Made by a program: the position numbers and the translations under genes. 28,679 nt of DNA, from positions 1-28,679 of IMG/VR virus record IMGVR_UViG_3300016476_000374; one strand, given 5' to 3'. This document shows positions 1-8,978 of this stretch, piece after piece. Origin of the DNA: a virus. Lineage: Duplodnaviria > Caudoviricetes. Numbering within the stretch: the first letter of the stretch is position 1; each line of letters begins with the position of its first letter. The notes below the pieces were generated by a model that had not been told where the DNA came from, searched no databases, and saw nothing but the letters and a program-made list of their open reading frames with translations.

Positions 1-70
1 TTTCAAAAAAGTTTTTGATTGCGGTAGTTTGTAATACTACTGGAAGTTTTTTGTAGATTTTATTAGCCAT
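1..70 (-). CDS. 5' end of a gene running off the window (MANKIYKKLPVVLQTTAIKNFFE...), probably the next baseplate/structural protein
   Basis: ATG at 70-68, open to the edge, AAGGTG SD-like sequence upstream, directly after the gp6-like stop. Function inferred from position only. Confidence 0.6.
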   Translation of the reverse strand, partial: MANKIYKKLPVVLQTTAIKNFFE

Positions 71-84
71 CTAATGTTACACCT

Positions 85-3000
85 TTAACGATCAGCTCTT
101 AATACTTGTGAACTTATTCTTTCTACAATTTCAATATCTGCTACTGTTGCTGTACTTGCGAATAGTTCGTTTGGTTCTGCTTTTACTGAGAACATGTCAC
201 CGAATGTTCCTGAAGTGTTACGTGGTAGAATAACAATACTACCAATTGCACTGCCTAAACGCTGGTGAATGTATGAACTTAGTTCTGTAAAGTAAAAAGT
301 TTCTCCAAATTCCCAATTCTCTACTTCGAAGTAATTATTTATCGCTGTAATTATCTGGGATTTTAATTCATTGTCACTTATATTATTACTTAACTTAACT
401 ACTCTAAATTTTGCTTGATATTGGCTATCTGCATAAGGGCCAAATAGCAACTTAAACTTTGCGCTTCTAAATACTAGTGTGTCACTTGCACTCTTATATT
501 CATTAAGCCCTTCGAACTCATTAGCTAGTTCAAAGCTAGTTGGTTCGACTGGGAAATTAGACACACCTGGTTGCTTTAAATAAGTTTTAACTTCATTATA
601 ATATGCGTTTGTTAATACAACCATTTCTACAACGTTACTGATACTTGGATCAATACGTACATCTTTAGGTGCTACATGCTTCCAACGGATAACTGAATCT
701 TGTTGTAGTGGTAGCGAAATATCTTGTGTTGGGCCGCGACCTGTTCTAACAAAGAAGTCGTTAGTTTCGACTAAACTTACAATGTTAAGATTAGTGCTGT
801 TTGGAGTGTTTAAGTATACCTTATTTTCTGCCTCAGCATATACCTTTAGACCCGCTGCCTTACCTTGATCATTTTCTACAATAGATGCTGTTTCGAGATC
901 TTTTGCAAACAGCCAGTCGAGGATAGATACATCATATGATTTTGCATAGCTTTCGCTAGAAATAAAGTTTGACGAAATATCAAATCGAATTTCATTCTCT
1001 TTTCTAAAGTCTGCAATTACACCTTGTGTTGGTCTGTCATATGTGTATCCGTCAAAGTCTGTATAATACTCAAACACTTGAATGTTTGTGTCATACACAT
1101 ACTCTTTAAATTGTAGGGGGCGATCTGGTACCATATCGCTGTCAGTGTCAACTGGAGCCACAATCACTTTACGTGGATCAGTGTAGCCGTCGTTGTATTT
1201 GTAAACGTCAGCAACTTCCCAAGTAATTTCGCGATCTAAGCGATCTTTGTTCTGAATGTAGTCAATAATAATTTTATCTTTGCTCAATGCACTAGTTCTA
1301 TCAAACGAATAATGATACTGATTAAACTGTAACTTGGTGTATACAAGATTACCTGTTTGTGCTGTTACGTTAGCATTAGCAAGTAATAGTCTACCTTCTG
1401 TAGCGGTGTCAACTCCATCTAATCCTGTTGTGCCATAACTATAGCAGTTAGCATTACCGCTAAAGATTAACTGTGACGACCCATCATCAGAGAATGCTCT
1501 GTATGTAATATTGCCTGTAACTGGATCAATAATATTTCCGCCAAATGTTGTATTGTTAAACGGAATAACAATTGTGCTTGGAATTTTATTAATCTGCCCT
1601 GAATTGTTTGCAATTGTTACAAAGGTTGCTTGTGATTCTAACGCACCAGTATCAAACCATGTTGGTAGCAATACTGTTGCTTCACTAACGTATTGATTAC
1701 CTGTTGCAGTATCTACAGTATCAGGAACACTGCCCTTTGGCTTAAACATACCAAAGTTACTTTTCCAATACACGTTTACATCGTACCACTTAGTGTCTCT
1801 GGTCTTAAGAACAATTCCTGGGCTGTATGTTCTAGGAATATACGTTGTACCGGTATCAGTGTTTCTCCAGCGGAAATCGTTTGAACCAACTTTATGCCAC
1901 TCGAAGGTTTCAGTACTAACAGGTTTTGAGTTAATTGTAGTAAATGTGATTGTATCTTTTGAAGAACGATTGTTGTTATCTAGCACCTTAACATTTTTAA
2001 TGTTATAGAACTTTAAATCGTTTTTACTTTGAACCACATAATTTTGGCCGCGAGCAGTAACATTGTACTTGTAGCTAAATGTATCTACTGGATAATATTC
2101 CATTAAAATTAACCAGCTAGAATCTAGTCCTTGCCCGCTAGTGTCTCTTGCATAAGATACTGCAAACGACCCGGTTCTGTCTAAATCTTTATTTGGAATA
2201 ACGTACCAAGCATCTGAATATAAGTCATAGCCTAAACCAAATGTTCTGCGGTTATTAATTTCATTTTGAATATCGCTTGCTTCAGCAACTGTGAATAGTT
2301 TTCTCATGGAAACAATTACTTCAGTTGCAAGCCAGCCGCGCTCAACTTCTTCGCTAAGTGTCCAAGGGCCAACGCTGGTTACTAGTCCGCTTGATAACGC
2401 ACCATTGTTTACAACGCTAATTACACGAACCCATTTATATTCAGATAAATCGTTTGAATTAACAAATTTGATTAGCGAATTTTCTTTAAACATTTTAGTA
2501 CTGTCGTTAATGTTTAACATAACAACTTGTGTACCTGAACTAAATGTTTCTGTCATGTAGCCGGTTGAGCCAATTGCATCAGCTGGGAGTGGTTCCCAGC
2601 GAATATTTAGGTTGCTAACAGTAAACTTGTTTTCTTGGAATTCGGTCCAAGTATTACGCATTCCGTAATAAACAAAGTTGTTTAGCTTCTGTGATTTTAG
2701 CACTTCAGGTAGAATACTAACAACAACCTCTCTTGAAGTAGTATTGTCATTAATAATAATTGACTGTGACACATTGCTGTGCTCGACGTACAGAATCGCA
2801 TCCTTAGCAAATGTATCTAAACTTTGGTAAGTGCCAGTAGGGTCGTTAATGTCAATATATCTACTATGTCCAGCATGTGTTCTATTAAGTGCCTTGAGCT
2901 TTAAAATGTTATTACTCTGGCTTAGTGGGAACACGTTGTAGTCTTGAGCAGATACCATGCGGTTTTGAGTATAGAATACCTGTGGTGCTCTGCGCTTAAT

Positions 3001-4248
3001 GGCAGCAAGGCTTTCTGGCGGTAAACTGTTGTTTACACGATACTCAAGTCTAAATGTTAATGTTAGGGCCTGGCTTTGATTTCTCTTATCAACGTAAGGG
3101 ATTGTAACAGAGATATTTCTAGCATTGTCTGGCTGAATAATATAGCGGGTGGGATCACTAGTTCTGTACCAAAGCCTAAACAGACCGTATGGAACGTTAC
3201 CAAAGTTACCGTCAGAGAACTTTAATTTAATGCCAGTGTTATCGATGTTTTCGATAGCGTATAAGTTCTTTGTATTTTTAGAAACACTGTTATAGTTCAA
3301 AGTTTGACCAACAGTGTTTGGAACTTTTTCCCACTTGTTAATAACAAGGCCTGCACTGTTAATTTCTTGCAGGTATACATCAATTTCGTTAATGTTTGAA
3401 ACAGATAAAATTTCTTCGCGGCTTTGTACTGCGGCAGTATAATCTAGATCTTTAAAATCTAGCAAGCCTTGCTTAAACATAACAAAGAAGCCTGTGTTCT
3501 TGCTCGATAAGCCTAAGCTGTCGTTTCTGTAAATAATGTTAAACAGATCTGTTGGATCAGGATGTCTTTCAAAGAAATATCCGTTGTCAATAAAATCAGG
3601 GTTAATAACATTGAATGGCTTGGTTGTGCCTTCAAGTGTTAAATTAAAATTATAAGCAACTGGTGCAGTAACAGGAGTATTTAACTGGTATAGTTCTGTT
3701 GGAATATTGCCAAGTGTACCAGACTTAACAGGTGCTGTGAATCTATTAGCTGTACTCATAGCTGAGTTAAGCACTGTAATAAACTGCTCGTAGCTTAGTG
3801 GATTGTTAGAGTCATCCCAGAATACGTTAACGTTGTTTAAATCGTTGCCTTGACTATCAACAACTGACTCTGTTGTTCTAACACTAGTAATCTTCATTAG
3901 ACCGCTTGCTGGCACGTTACGTTTTGGATTGTAACCTAGCATACGTGCTAGTTTAAATACGCTGTCGCGACGTTCAGCAGTTTCTAAAAAGTTTTCGCGG
4001 CTGTTTAAGTCCATGCGGAAAGCAAGTGACTGTGAGAGGTAAGCGAGCATTTCAATGATAGCAATAAATTCACTGCTCTCAATATAGTCATTGAAATTTT
4101 CTGGATAGTTGGTGCGAACGTAGTCGACTAGTGCTGTTCGGACAGTATCAAAGTCATATGCTTGAAAGTTTACCTGGCTGTAGGCTTTATATGCTACGGT
4201 CCAATCTTCAGCAGCGAACAAATTATTTTGTCTATTAACTATTGCCAT
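85..4248 (-). CDS. Baseplate wedge protein, T4 gp6-like (enlarged, 1387 aa)
   Basis: N-terminal DFDTVRTALVDYVR..FNDYIESSEFIAIIEMLAY, FLETAERRDSVFKLARMLGY, LKFSDGNFG and IKRRAPQVFYTQNRMVSAQDY are gp6/baseplate-J motifs; follows a gp25-like gene. Confidence 0.88.
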   Translation of the reverse strand: MAIVNRQNNLFAAEDWTVAYKAYSQVNFQAYDFDTVRTALVDYVRTNYPENFNDYIESSEFIAIIEMLAYLSQSLAFRMDLNSRENFLETAERRDSVFKLARMLGYNPKRNVPASGLMKITSVRTTESVVDSQGNDLNNVNVFWDDSNNPLSYEQFITVLNSAMSTANRFTAPVKSGTLGNIPTELYQLNTPVTAPVAYNFNLTLEGTTKPFNVINPDFIDNGYFFERHPDPTDLFNIIYRNDSLGLSSKNTGFFVMFKQGLLDFKDLDYTAAVQSREEILSVSNINEIDVYLQEINSAGLVINKWEKVPNTVGQTLNYNSVSKNTKNLYAIENIDNTGIKLKFSDGNFGNVPYGLFRLWYRTSDPTRYIIQPDNARNISVTIPYVDKRNQSQALTLTFRLEYRVNNSLPPESLAAIKRRAPQVFYTQNRMVSAQDYNVFPLSQSNNILKLKALNRTHAGHSRYIDINDPTGTYQSLDTFAKDAILYVEHSNVSQSIIINDNTTSREVVVSILPEVLKSQKLNNFVYYGMRNTWTEFQENKFTVSNLNIRWEPLPADAIGSTGYMTETFSSGTQVVMLNINDSTKMFKENSLIKFVNSNDLSEYKWVRVISVVNNGALSSGLVTSVGPWTLSEEVERGWLATEVIVSMRKLFTVAEASDIQNEINNRRTFGLGYDLYSDAWYVIPNKDLDRTGSFAVSYARDTSGQGLDSSWLILMEYYPVDTFSYKYNVTARGQNYVVQSKNDLKFYNIKNVKVLDNNNRSSKDTITFTTINSKPVSTETFEWHKVGSNDFRWRNTDTGTTYIPRTYSPGIVLKTRDTKWYDVNVYWKSNFGMFKPKGSVPDTVDTATGNQYVSEATVLLPTWFDTGALESQATFVTIANNSGQINKIPSTIVIPFNNTTFGGNIIDPVTGNITYRAFSDDGSSQLIFSGNANCYSYGTTGLDGVDTATEGRLLLANANVTAQTGNLVYTKLQFNQYHYSFDRTSALSKDKIIIDYIQNKDRLDREITWEVADVYKYNDGYTDPRKVIVAPVDTDSDMVPDRPLQFKEYVYDTNIQVFEYYTDFDGYTYDRPTQGVIADFRKENEIRFDISSNFISSESYAKSYDVSILDWLFAKDLETASIVENDQGKAAGLKVYAEAENKVYLNTPNSTNLNIVSLVETNDFFVRTGRGPTQDISLPLQQDSVIRWKHVAPKDVRIDPSISNVVEMVVLTNAYYNEVKTYLKQPGVSNFPVEPTSFELANEFEGLNEYKSASDTLVFRSAKFKLLFGPYADSQYQAKFRVVKLSNNISDNELKSQIITAINNYFEVENWEFGETFYFTELSSYIHQRLGSAIGSIVILPRNTSGTFGDMFSVKAEPNELFASTATVADIEIVERISSQVLRADR

Positions 4249-4622
4249 TACTCAATACCTTCATTAATTTGCTTTTCGAAAATTAGATATAAACTTTCAA
4301 CATTGTTAAAGGGCAAATATCTCAACTCAACATCAGCTGATATAGCATGGTCGGAAATATATACCGTTGTTTTAACATGCTCAACTCTGCTGTCTTTTTC
4401 TACAATTCGTTTAATATCATCGGTAACAACATCAATCAGTGTGCTGTCGTTTGGGTCCATAATCATGTCCCAAATAATACTACCAAAGTTGGGACGCATA
4501 AGGCGCTCACCCTTTTTAGTGTAAAATTCATTAAGCAAGTCGCGCTTAATCAGCTCTTGATCGGTAAGCGTAAATGGGGCTTTTACCCTATCTAACGTGC
4601 TGAATCCTTTAAATGTTGCCAT
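4248..4622 (-). CDS. Baseplate wedge subunit, gp25/GPW family
   Basis: LIKRDLLNEFYTKKGERLMRPNFGS and DSRV motifs; ATG at 4622 (MATFKG) preferred to the track's 4637 start; TAATG overlap with gp6. Confidence 0.9.
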   Translation of the reverse strand: MATFKGFSTLDRVKAPFTLTDQELIKRDLLNEFYTKKGERLMRPNFGSIIWDMIMDPNDSTLIDVVTDDIKRIVEKDSRVEHVKTTVYISDHAISADVELRYLPFNNVESLYLIFEKQINEGIE

Positions 4623-4627
4623 AACAA

Positions 4628-4635
4628 TATTTATC
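4628..4635 (-). promoter_or_regulatory. T4-type late promoter GATAAATA for gp25-gp6
   Basis: One mismatch to the T4 late consensus TATAAATA; the same octamer lies before five structural transcription units in this window. Confidence 0.7.
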
Positions 4636-4677
4636 AAAAAAATTAAATATAGTTTTAATTACCTATCAAAATAAGCC

Positions 4678-4706
4678 TTGACAAATGTCGTAAAATTTGC
4701 TATAGT
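4678..4706 (+). promoter_or_regulatory. sigma70-type (early) promoter
   Basis: TTGACA-17 bp-TATAGT with extended -10 TG, about 25-30 nt before the next ORF. Confidence 0.8.
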
Positions 4707-4735
4707 TGTACATCGTTGCAATTTAAGGTATGCAC

Positions 4736-5185
4736 ATGTTTGTAAAGATTCCAGAAAACGGATACTGGTTCAAGAAGGAAGGTATTCGCAAGATTGAAGA
4801 GCGTTATGGCGCCAAGTACATGGGCTATTGGGCTACCAAAAACAGTCGCGGAGGCTGGAATGAGAGCCCGGTTGATGTTTTTTACGTACCGGATCCAGAT
4901 ACCGGTAAAGGTCATACGCATTATTTTGGTATGTTTATCCGTGATGAATCGGTGTATATCACAGAAGCTAGTACCGCGTTTAGTGACCCAATCTCAGGTA
5001 TCCCCACAGACGACGGTGAAGTTATTGTAAGCCGCTATCGACACGACTATGTTACCAAGGATGGTCGTATGATTGATGGTGGTCGAGACTATGTTCGTGC
5101 AAGTATGCACCCAACTGTTATAGTCACTGTTGACGGTGATCAATTTGTAATCACGGAAAGGGAAAACGTTGAAGAAGGTATCTAA
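4736..5185 (+). CDS. Hypothetical phage protein
   Basis: ORF after a sigma70 promoter; C-terminal SRYRHDYV..IDGGRDYVR resembles a motif of small phage proteins. ATG at 4736 follows AAGGT; 4730 is an alternative start. Confidence 0.75.
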   Translation: MFVKIPENGYWFKKEGIRKIEERYGAKYMGYWATKNSRGGWNESPVDVFYVPDPDTGKGHTHYFGMFIRDESVYITEASTAFSDPISGIPTDDGEVIVSRYRHDYVTKDGRMIDGGRDYVRASMHPTVIVTVDGDQFVITERENVEEGI

Positions 5186-5354
5186 GGAGCAAGCACTAAA
5201 GGCAGCAGCATTTGTTGCAGTTTTTGGAATCACAGGCATTGTTGCATTTGCAGCAGCAAAGGCCTATAAGTCGATCAAGGACATTGGTAACTTTGATGGC
5301 GATCTAAGCAATGATGTTGGACTATCATCTATGATGGGGCGGCGTGATGAATGA
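5169..5354 (+). CDS. Small putative membrane protein
   Basis: 61 aa, TTG start, one hydrophobic segment AAAFVAVFGITGIVAFAAA flanked by lysines; overlaps both neighbours. Confidence 0.6.
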   Translation: MKKVSKEQALKAAAFVAVFGITGIVAFAAAKAYKSIKDIGNFDGDLSNDVGLSSMMGRRDE

Positions 5355-5817
5355 AGAAGAAAAAGCCAAGCGTGAAGCAGCACTAACCAAGCTAGCTGAG
5401 CTTGGACAGGAAATGGAGCGTGGTCGTAAACTCTACGAACACGACAATGACACTTGGTGGAACGCTCTTACCGAGAAGGAACGTGAAGATGCGTTCTATG
5501 CTGTGTGTAAGCGTATCCATAAAGGTGATATTGAGCTAAATGGCAGCTACCGGTATGTGCTGTATGATGTGTTTGGGTTCGATCCTGGCATGTATGGTGC
5601 TGGCATGGATTGCGGGTATATGGCAATTCACAATGCTATTGCAGAGGGCGAAGAATTACAGCGTATGCACCAAGTTGATAGGTTTGAAGTAATCGACGAA
5701 GATGGTCGAGCATATGCACGTGGTGCAGGACAGGTTAATCGTCTTAAGTTTGAAATTCAAGACGATGGCTGTACTCTAAAAGTATTTGTCAACGGCAAAA
5801 ATCCGCTTGACATTTAA
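5344..5817 (+). CDS. Hypothetical protein
   Basis: 157-aa ORF overlapping the upstream stop (ATG at 5347 is an alternative start); no recognised motif. Confidence 0.7.
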   Translation: MMNEEEKAKREAALTKLAELGQEMERGRKLYEHDNDTWWNALTEKEREDAFYAVCKRIHKGDIELNGSYRYVLYDVFGFDPGMYGAGMDCGYMAIHNAIAEGEELQRMHQVDRFEVIDEDGRAYARGAGQVNRLKFEIQDDGCTLKVFVNGKNPLDI

Positions 5818-5835
5818 AGCGTAGAATAGTATAGT
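5807..5835 (+). promoter_or_regulatory. sigma70-type (early) promoter
   Basis: TTGACA-17 bp-TATAGT, same hexamers as the promoter at 4678. Confidence 0.8.
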
Positions 5836-5897
5836 AAGGTTGTAGTTAGTTAATAGCTACATTTTTGTTCAACTTAACAACGAGAGTGATCTCAAAC

Positions 5898-6149
5898 ATG
5901 AAGAAAATTGCACAGAAGTTTGATGAAATTTGTGCTAAGGCTGAAGCGTTCAATAAGGAAAATAAGACCGATCGCTTCTTTAAGATTTACGAGCAGCGTA
6001 AGCGTTTCGTAACTATGGGGCTGTATGATAGCGTAACAAAGAAGTACGCAATGTTTGATACAGTTAATCTTACCGGTAACTTCCGGTATGATAACCATAC
6101 TGTGCCACAAGAGCTGTACGACATGGAACGACTTGTTAAGACAGCTTAA
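5898..6149 (+). CDS. Hypothetical protein (83 aa)
   Basis: ATG at 5898 after GAGAG, downstream of its own promoter and followed by a terminator. Confidence 0.7.
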   Translation: MKKIAQKFDEICAKAEAFNKENKTDRFFKIYEQRKRFVTMGLYDSVTKKYAMFDTVNLTGNFRYDNHTVPQELYDMERLVKTA

Positions 6150-6169
6150 TTAAGTTCGGCAATTGAACT

Positions 6170-6199
6170 AAATGGCAGCAGAAATGCTGCCATTTTTTT
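6170..6199 (+). terminator. Intrinsic terminator between convergent genes, possibly bidirectional
   Basis: AAATGGCAGCA-GAAA-TGCTGCCATTT 11-bp stem running into a T tract. Confidence 0.88.
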
Positions 6200-8972
6200 A
6201 TCCATTTGGTCCGGAATAATATTGTGTAGGACCGTTATAATTAGCAGCGTTAAATTCCTCTCGGCGAGCCTTAATTAAATCAGCCATCTGGCGTGGACTT
6301 AGTTCACCGTCAGCAGTTCCGGGTGGAGGTGCAATATCTAAGTTATCAGGCGACTGGAATACCTGTCCTTGGAAGTAACGTCGATCATTAAAGTCTTGGC
6401 GATAAACTAACTGATCCGTTGGTGTTGGTAAATTACTACCAGCTTGTGGGCCTAAACTCCACTGCATCATTAGACGTGGAATCTCATTGTATTTGCCTTC
6501 ATTCAACGCTTGTACAATGTTACTATTTTTAAAGTTTTCTTCACCGATATCTTTTGCAAAAAATGCGAGTGCTTGAGTTTGATTATCTGTTAGCGGAACA
6601 TTAATTGAATTCTTAATGGTATTGTAGGTCTTAGATAATTCGCTCTGCAATGCTAACGAACTCGCTACAGGTCCTACGCCGCCACTAAAGTCAACTAATG
6701 TATTACCTAGCGAGTCCTTATATATAAGACTGCCAGCATCGTTAACAACATCAATTCCCATTTCTTTTAACTTATTAACAGCATCTAGCCCATCTTTAGC
6801 TTGAGCCATTACATTGTTAATATTATTTTTAAGATCTTGAATTGCAGGAACGTTTAAATCAATTGGGAGGCCAAACTTATCTAAGCTAAATTGCTTTAAC
6901 TGTGCTTCTAGTTCTTTTAACTGCTTAATTGATCCTAACACTTTTTGTTGTAGTGCGTTAACTGTAGGGAAACGAATTGGCGGGATCATTGCTTTAATAG
7001 ACGCAACAAATGCGCTCAATCCTAATACTTCGTCAATTTTCTTTTCTAGTGCAGCACCAAAATTGTTAATTGCATTTTGAATGTCTGCGTAGGTAGGAAT
7101 CGCGTTTTTAAGTTTGTTAATTTCAGCATTTGCTTTAGCAGCACTATCATTTAGTGCTTTAGCAGCAGCACCGGTTGTTTTACTAGCTTGTGCTTGAGCA
7201 TTCGCTACTGCCGCTCTTGCTTTATTAGCTGTAGCTGACTGTGAAGGTGAATTAGCCGCATTAGAAACTTTATTACCATTTGTGTCAACATACCCATCAC
7301 CAGCTTTTGAACCTGATGGGGTTTGAGCGTCATCAGGCTTACCGTCTTGTGTACTAGCTGCTGGCGGCAGGTCTTTAGTAACTGCTTCATCTGCACCTTT
7401 GGCGGTTGGATCTTCTTTGCCAGGGTCAGCACCTTGAGCATGGCCTGCATAAGGCTCAGCAGTAATTAAATTAGTAACAATGCTTTTAATAGTATCTTGC
7501 TTGCCTTTTCGTTTACCAGCATTTTTAACTGCATTCTTACCTTCTAGGGCTGCGTCAAGATCAAACTCAGGCGCAGCAGCGGGTTGATCTTTGTGATCGT
7601 TAAGACCAATTGGTCCGGGACTTACTGCTGGCATAGCGGGGGCAGTGTATCCTGGTCCGCTGTTTAAATTAATCCTAGGCGCTAATAACCCAATTGGTGC
7701 AGCAGAAGTTAGTCCAATTCCGGATGCTGATTGCAGTGAAATACCACTCGCTGTAGCAGTTTGCTTGATAGGTCCCATCGCAGCTAATATATCAATACCA
7801 AGCGGGCCACTTGCTGTAGCAGCAAGTCTGCCACCTGAGCTTATATCAATATCGCCGCCTGCGGCTGTTACACCAAAGTTAAGTGCTGCAAATTGCTGGA
7901 TATCAGAAGCAGCATCTAATCTAATTGCGCCGCCCGTGCCAAGTGGTGGCCCGCCTGCAACTTTAGCTGGGTTAGGGCCTAGGTACTGATCACCTACGTT
8001 ATCGCCAGCAGCTCGCATGTTAATATCATTACCTGCTTCAATATTAACGTTCTTATCAGCACGTAGGTTCAAGTTACCTTTAGCACGAATATTCATCGAG
8101 CCTTCAGCATAGAAATTCATATTTCCTAATGGATCAATTTCAAACCAGCCTTTACCTGATTTATTAATCATGTAAATGGATCCAGTTGTATCATCTAGCA
8201 TTAGCTGTGTACCTCCAGCAGTACGTAGACGTATCATTCTACTGCCAGGGTTGTCATCCATAATAAACTGGTGACCACCAATACGGTGTGTATTAATTTC
8301 TGTGCTAGTAGCACTACTGCCTGGTTTTAATGGACCGGGCGTAAGAATACCAAAAACTTGGCTAGGTGCTTCTCGTCTCGAACTAGCTGAACCTGCGCCC
8401 CTAATTGGATCGTTAATTAAACCTTGCTTAACGATGCCTTCAGCAAGATATGGCGCAATTGGTCTAACAGCATCGTTGTGGGTTGTCTTTTCTTCTTTTT
8501 TGTTTTTTTCTGCTACAGGAACCTGCATACTTGGATCACCGTAGCTCTTGCCGGATGCCATCCCAGGAACCATGTAATTAAACTTATCTGGGAACACACA
8601 TCCTACAATAAATGGGTTCTTTGTATCGCCATCGCCAAATGCAACAAGAACCATGTTGCCAATATCTGGCGGTACCATCCACATGCCGTAGCTTTTTTGT
8701 GTTTCTTCGTACTTCTCAACATTTTTGCCAACAGCAAGTGCAGGTGTAGAACCGGCGAATGGGCTAGTCCAAGTACATTCTAGCAAACCGTTGTTAGTAG
8801 ACGCATCCTTAGCTAGGCTACTAATAAACACTAGAATTTTACCTGTACGAGTATAATCATCAGTTTGACGAACAACACCTTGATAAATCCCGTGTAAAGG
8901 GTTACCTTCTTTTTGTTGCTCTTGTACTGGATTTTTACTAGTACTAGATAATGAATTCATTTTAACTGTCAT
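6198..8972 (-). CDS. Baseplate central spike, gp5/VgrG-like, with C-terminal lysozyme-like domain
   Basis: N-terminal OB-fold motif (YGMWMVPPDIGNMVLVAF..NPFIVGC), GHQFIMDD/IRLRTAGGTQLMLDD and beta-helix repeats, then INVPLTDNQTQALAFFAKDIGEENFKNS resembling GH24 lysozyme. Confidence 0.85.
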   Translation of the reverse strand: MTVKMNSLSSTSKNPVQEQQKEGNPLHGIYQGVVRQTDDYTRTGKILVFISSLAKDASTNNGLLECTWTSPFAGSTPALAVGKNVEKYEETQKSYGMWMVPPDIGNMVLVAFGDGDTKNPFIVGCVFPDKFNYMVPGMASGKSYGDPSMQVPVAEKNKKEEKTTHNDAVRPIAPYLAEGIVKQGLINDPIRGAGSASSRREAPSQVFGILTPGPLKPGSSATSTEINTHRIGGHQFIMDDNPGSRMIRLRTAGGTQLMLDDTTGSIYMINKSGKGWFEIDPLGNMNFYAEGSMNIRAKGNLNLRADKNVNIEAGNDINMRAAGDNVGDQYLGPNPAKVAGGPPLGTGGAIRLDAASDIQQFAALNFGVTAAGGDIDISSGGRLAATASGPLGIDILAAMGPIKQTATASGISLQSASGIGLTSAAPIGLLAPRINLNSGPGYTAPAMPAVSPGPIGLNDHKDQPAAAPEFDLDAALEGKNAVKNAGKRKGKQDTIKSIVTNLITAEPYAGHAQGADPGKEDPTAKGADEAVTKDLPPAASTQDGKPDDAQTPSGSKAGDGYVDTNGNKVSNAANSPSQSATANKARAAVANAQAQASKTTGAAAKALNDSAAKANAEINKLKNAIPTYADIQNAINNFGAALEKKIDEVLGLSAFVASIKAMIPPIRFPTVNALQQKVLGSIKQLKELEAQLKQFSLDKFGLPIDLNVPAIQDLKNNINNVMAQAKDGLDAVNKLKEMGIDVVNDAGSLIYKDSLGNTLVDFSGGVGPVASSLALQSELSKTYNTIKNSINVPLTDNQTQALAFFAKDIGEENFKNSNIVQALNEGKYNEIPRLMMQWSLGPQAGSNLPTPTDQLVYRQDFNDRRYFQGQVFQSPDNLDIAPPPGTADGELSPRQMADLIKARREEFNAANYNGPTQYYSGPNG

Positions 8973-8978
8973 GTTGTG

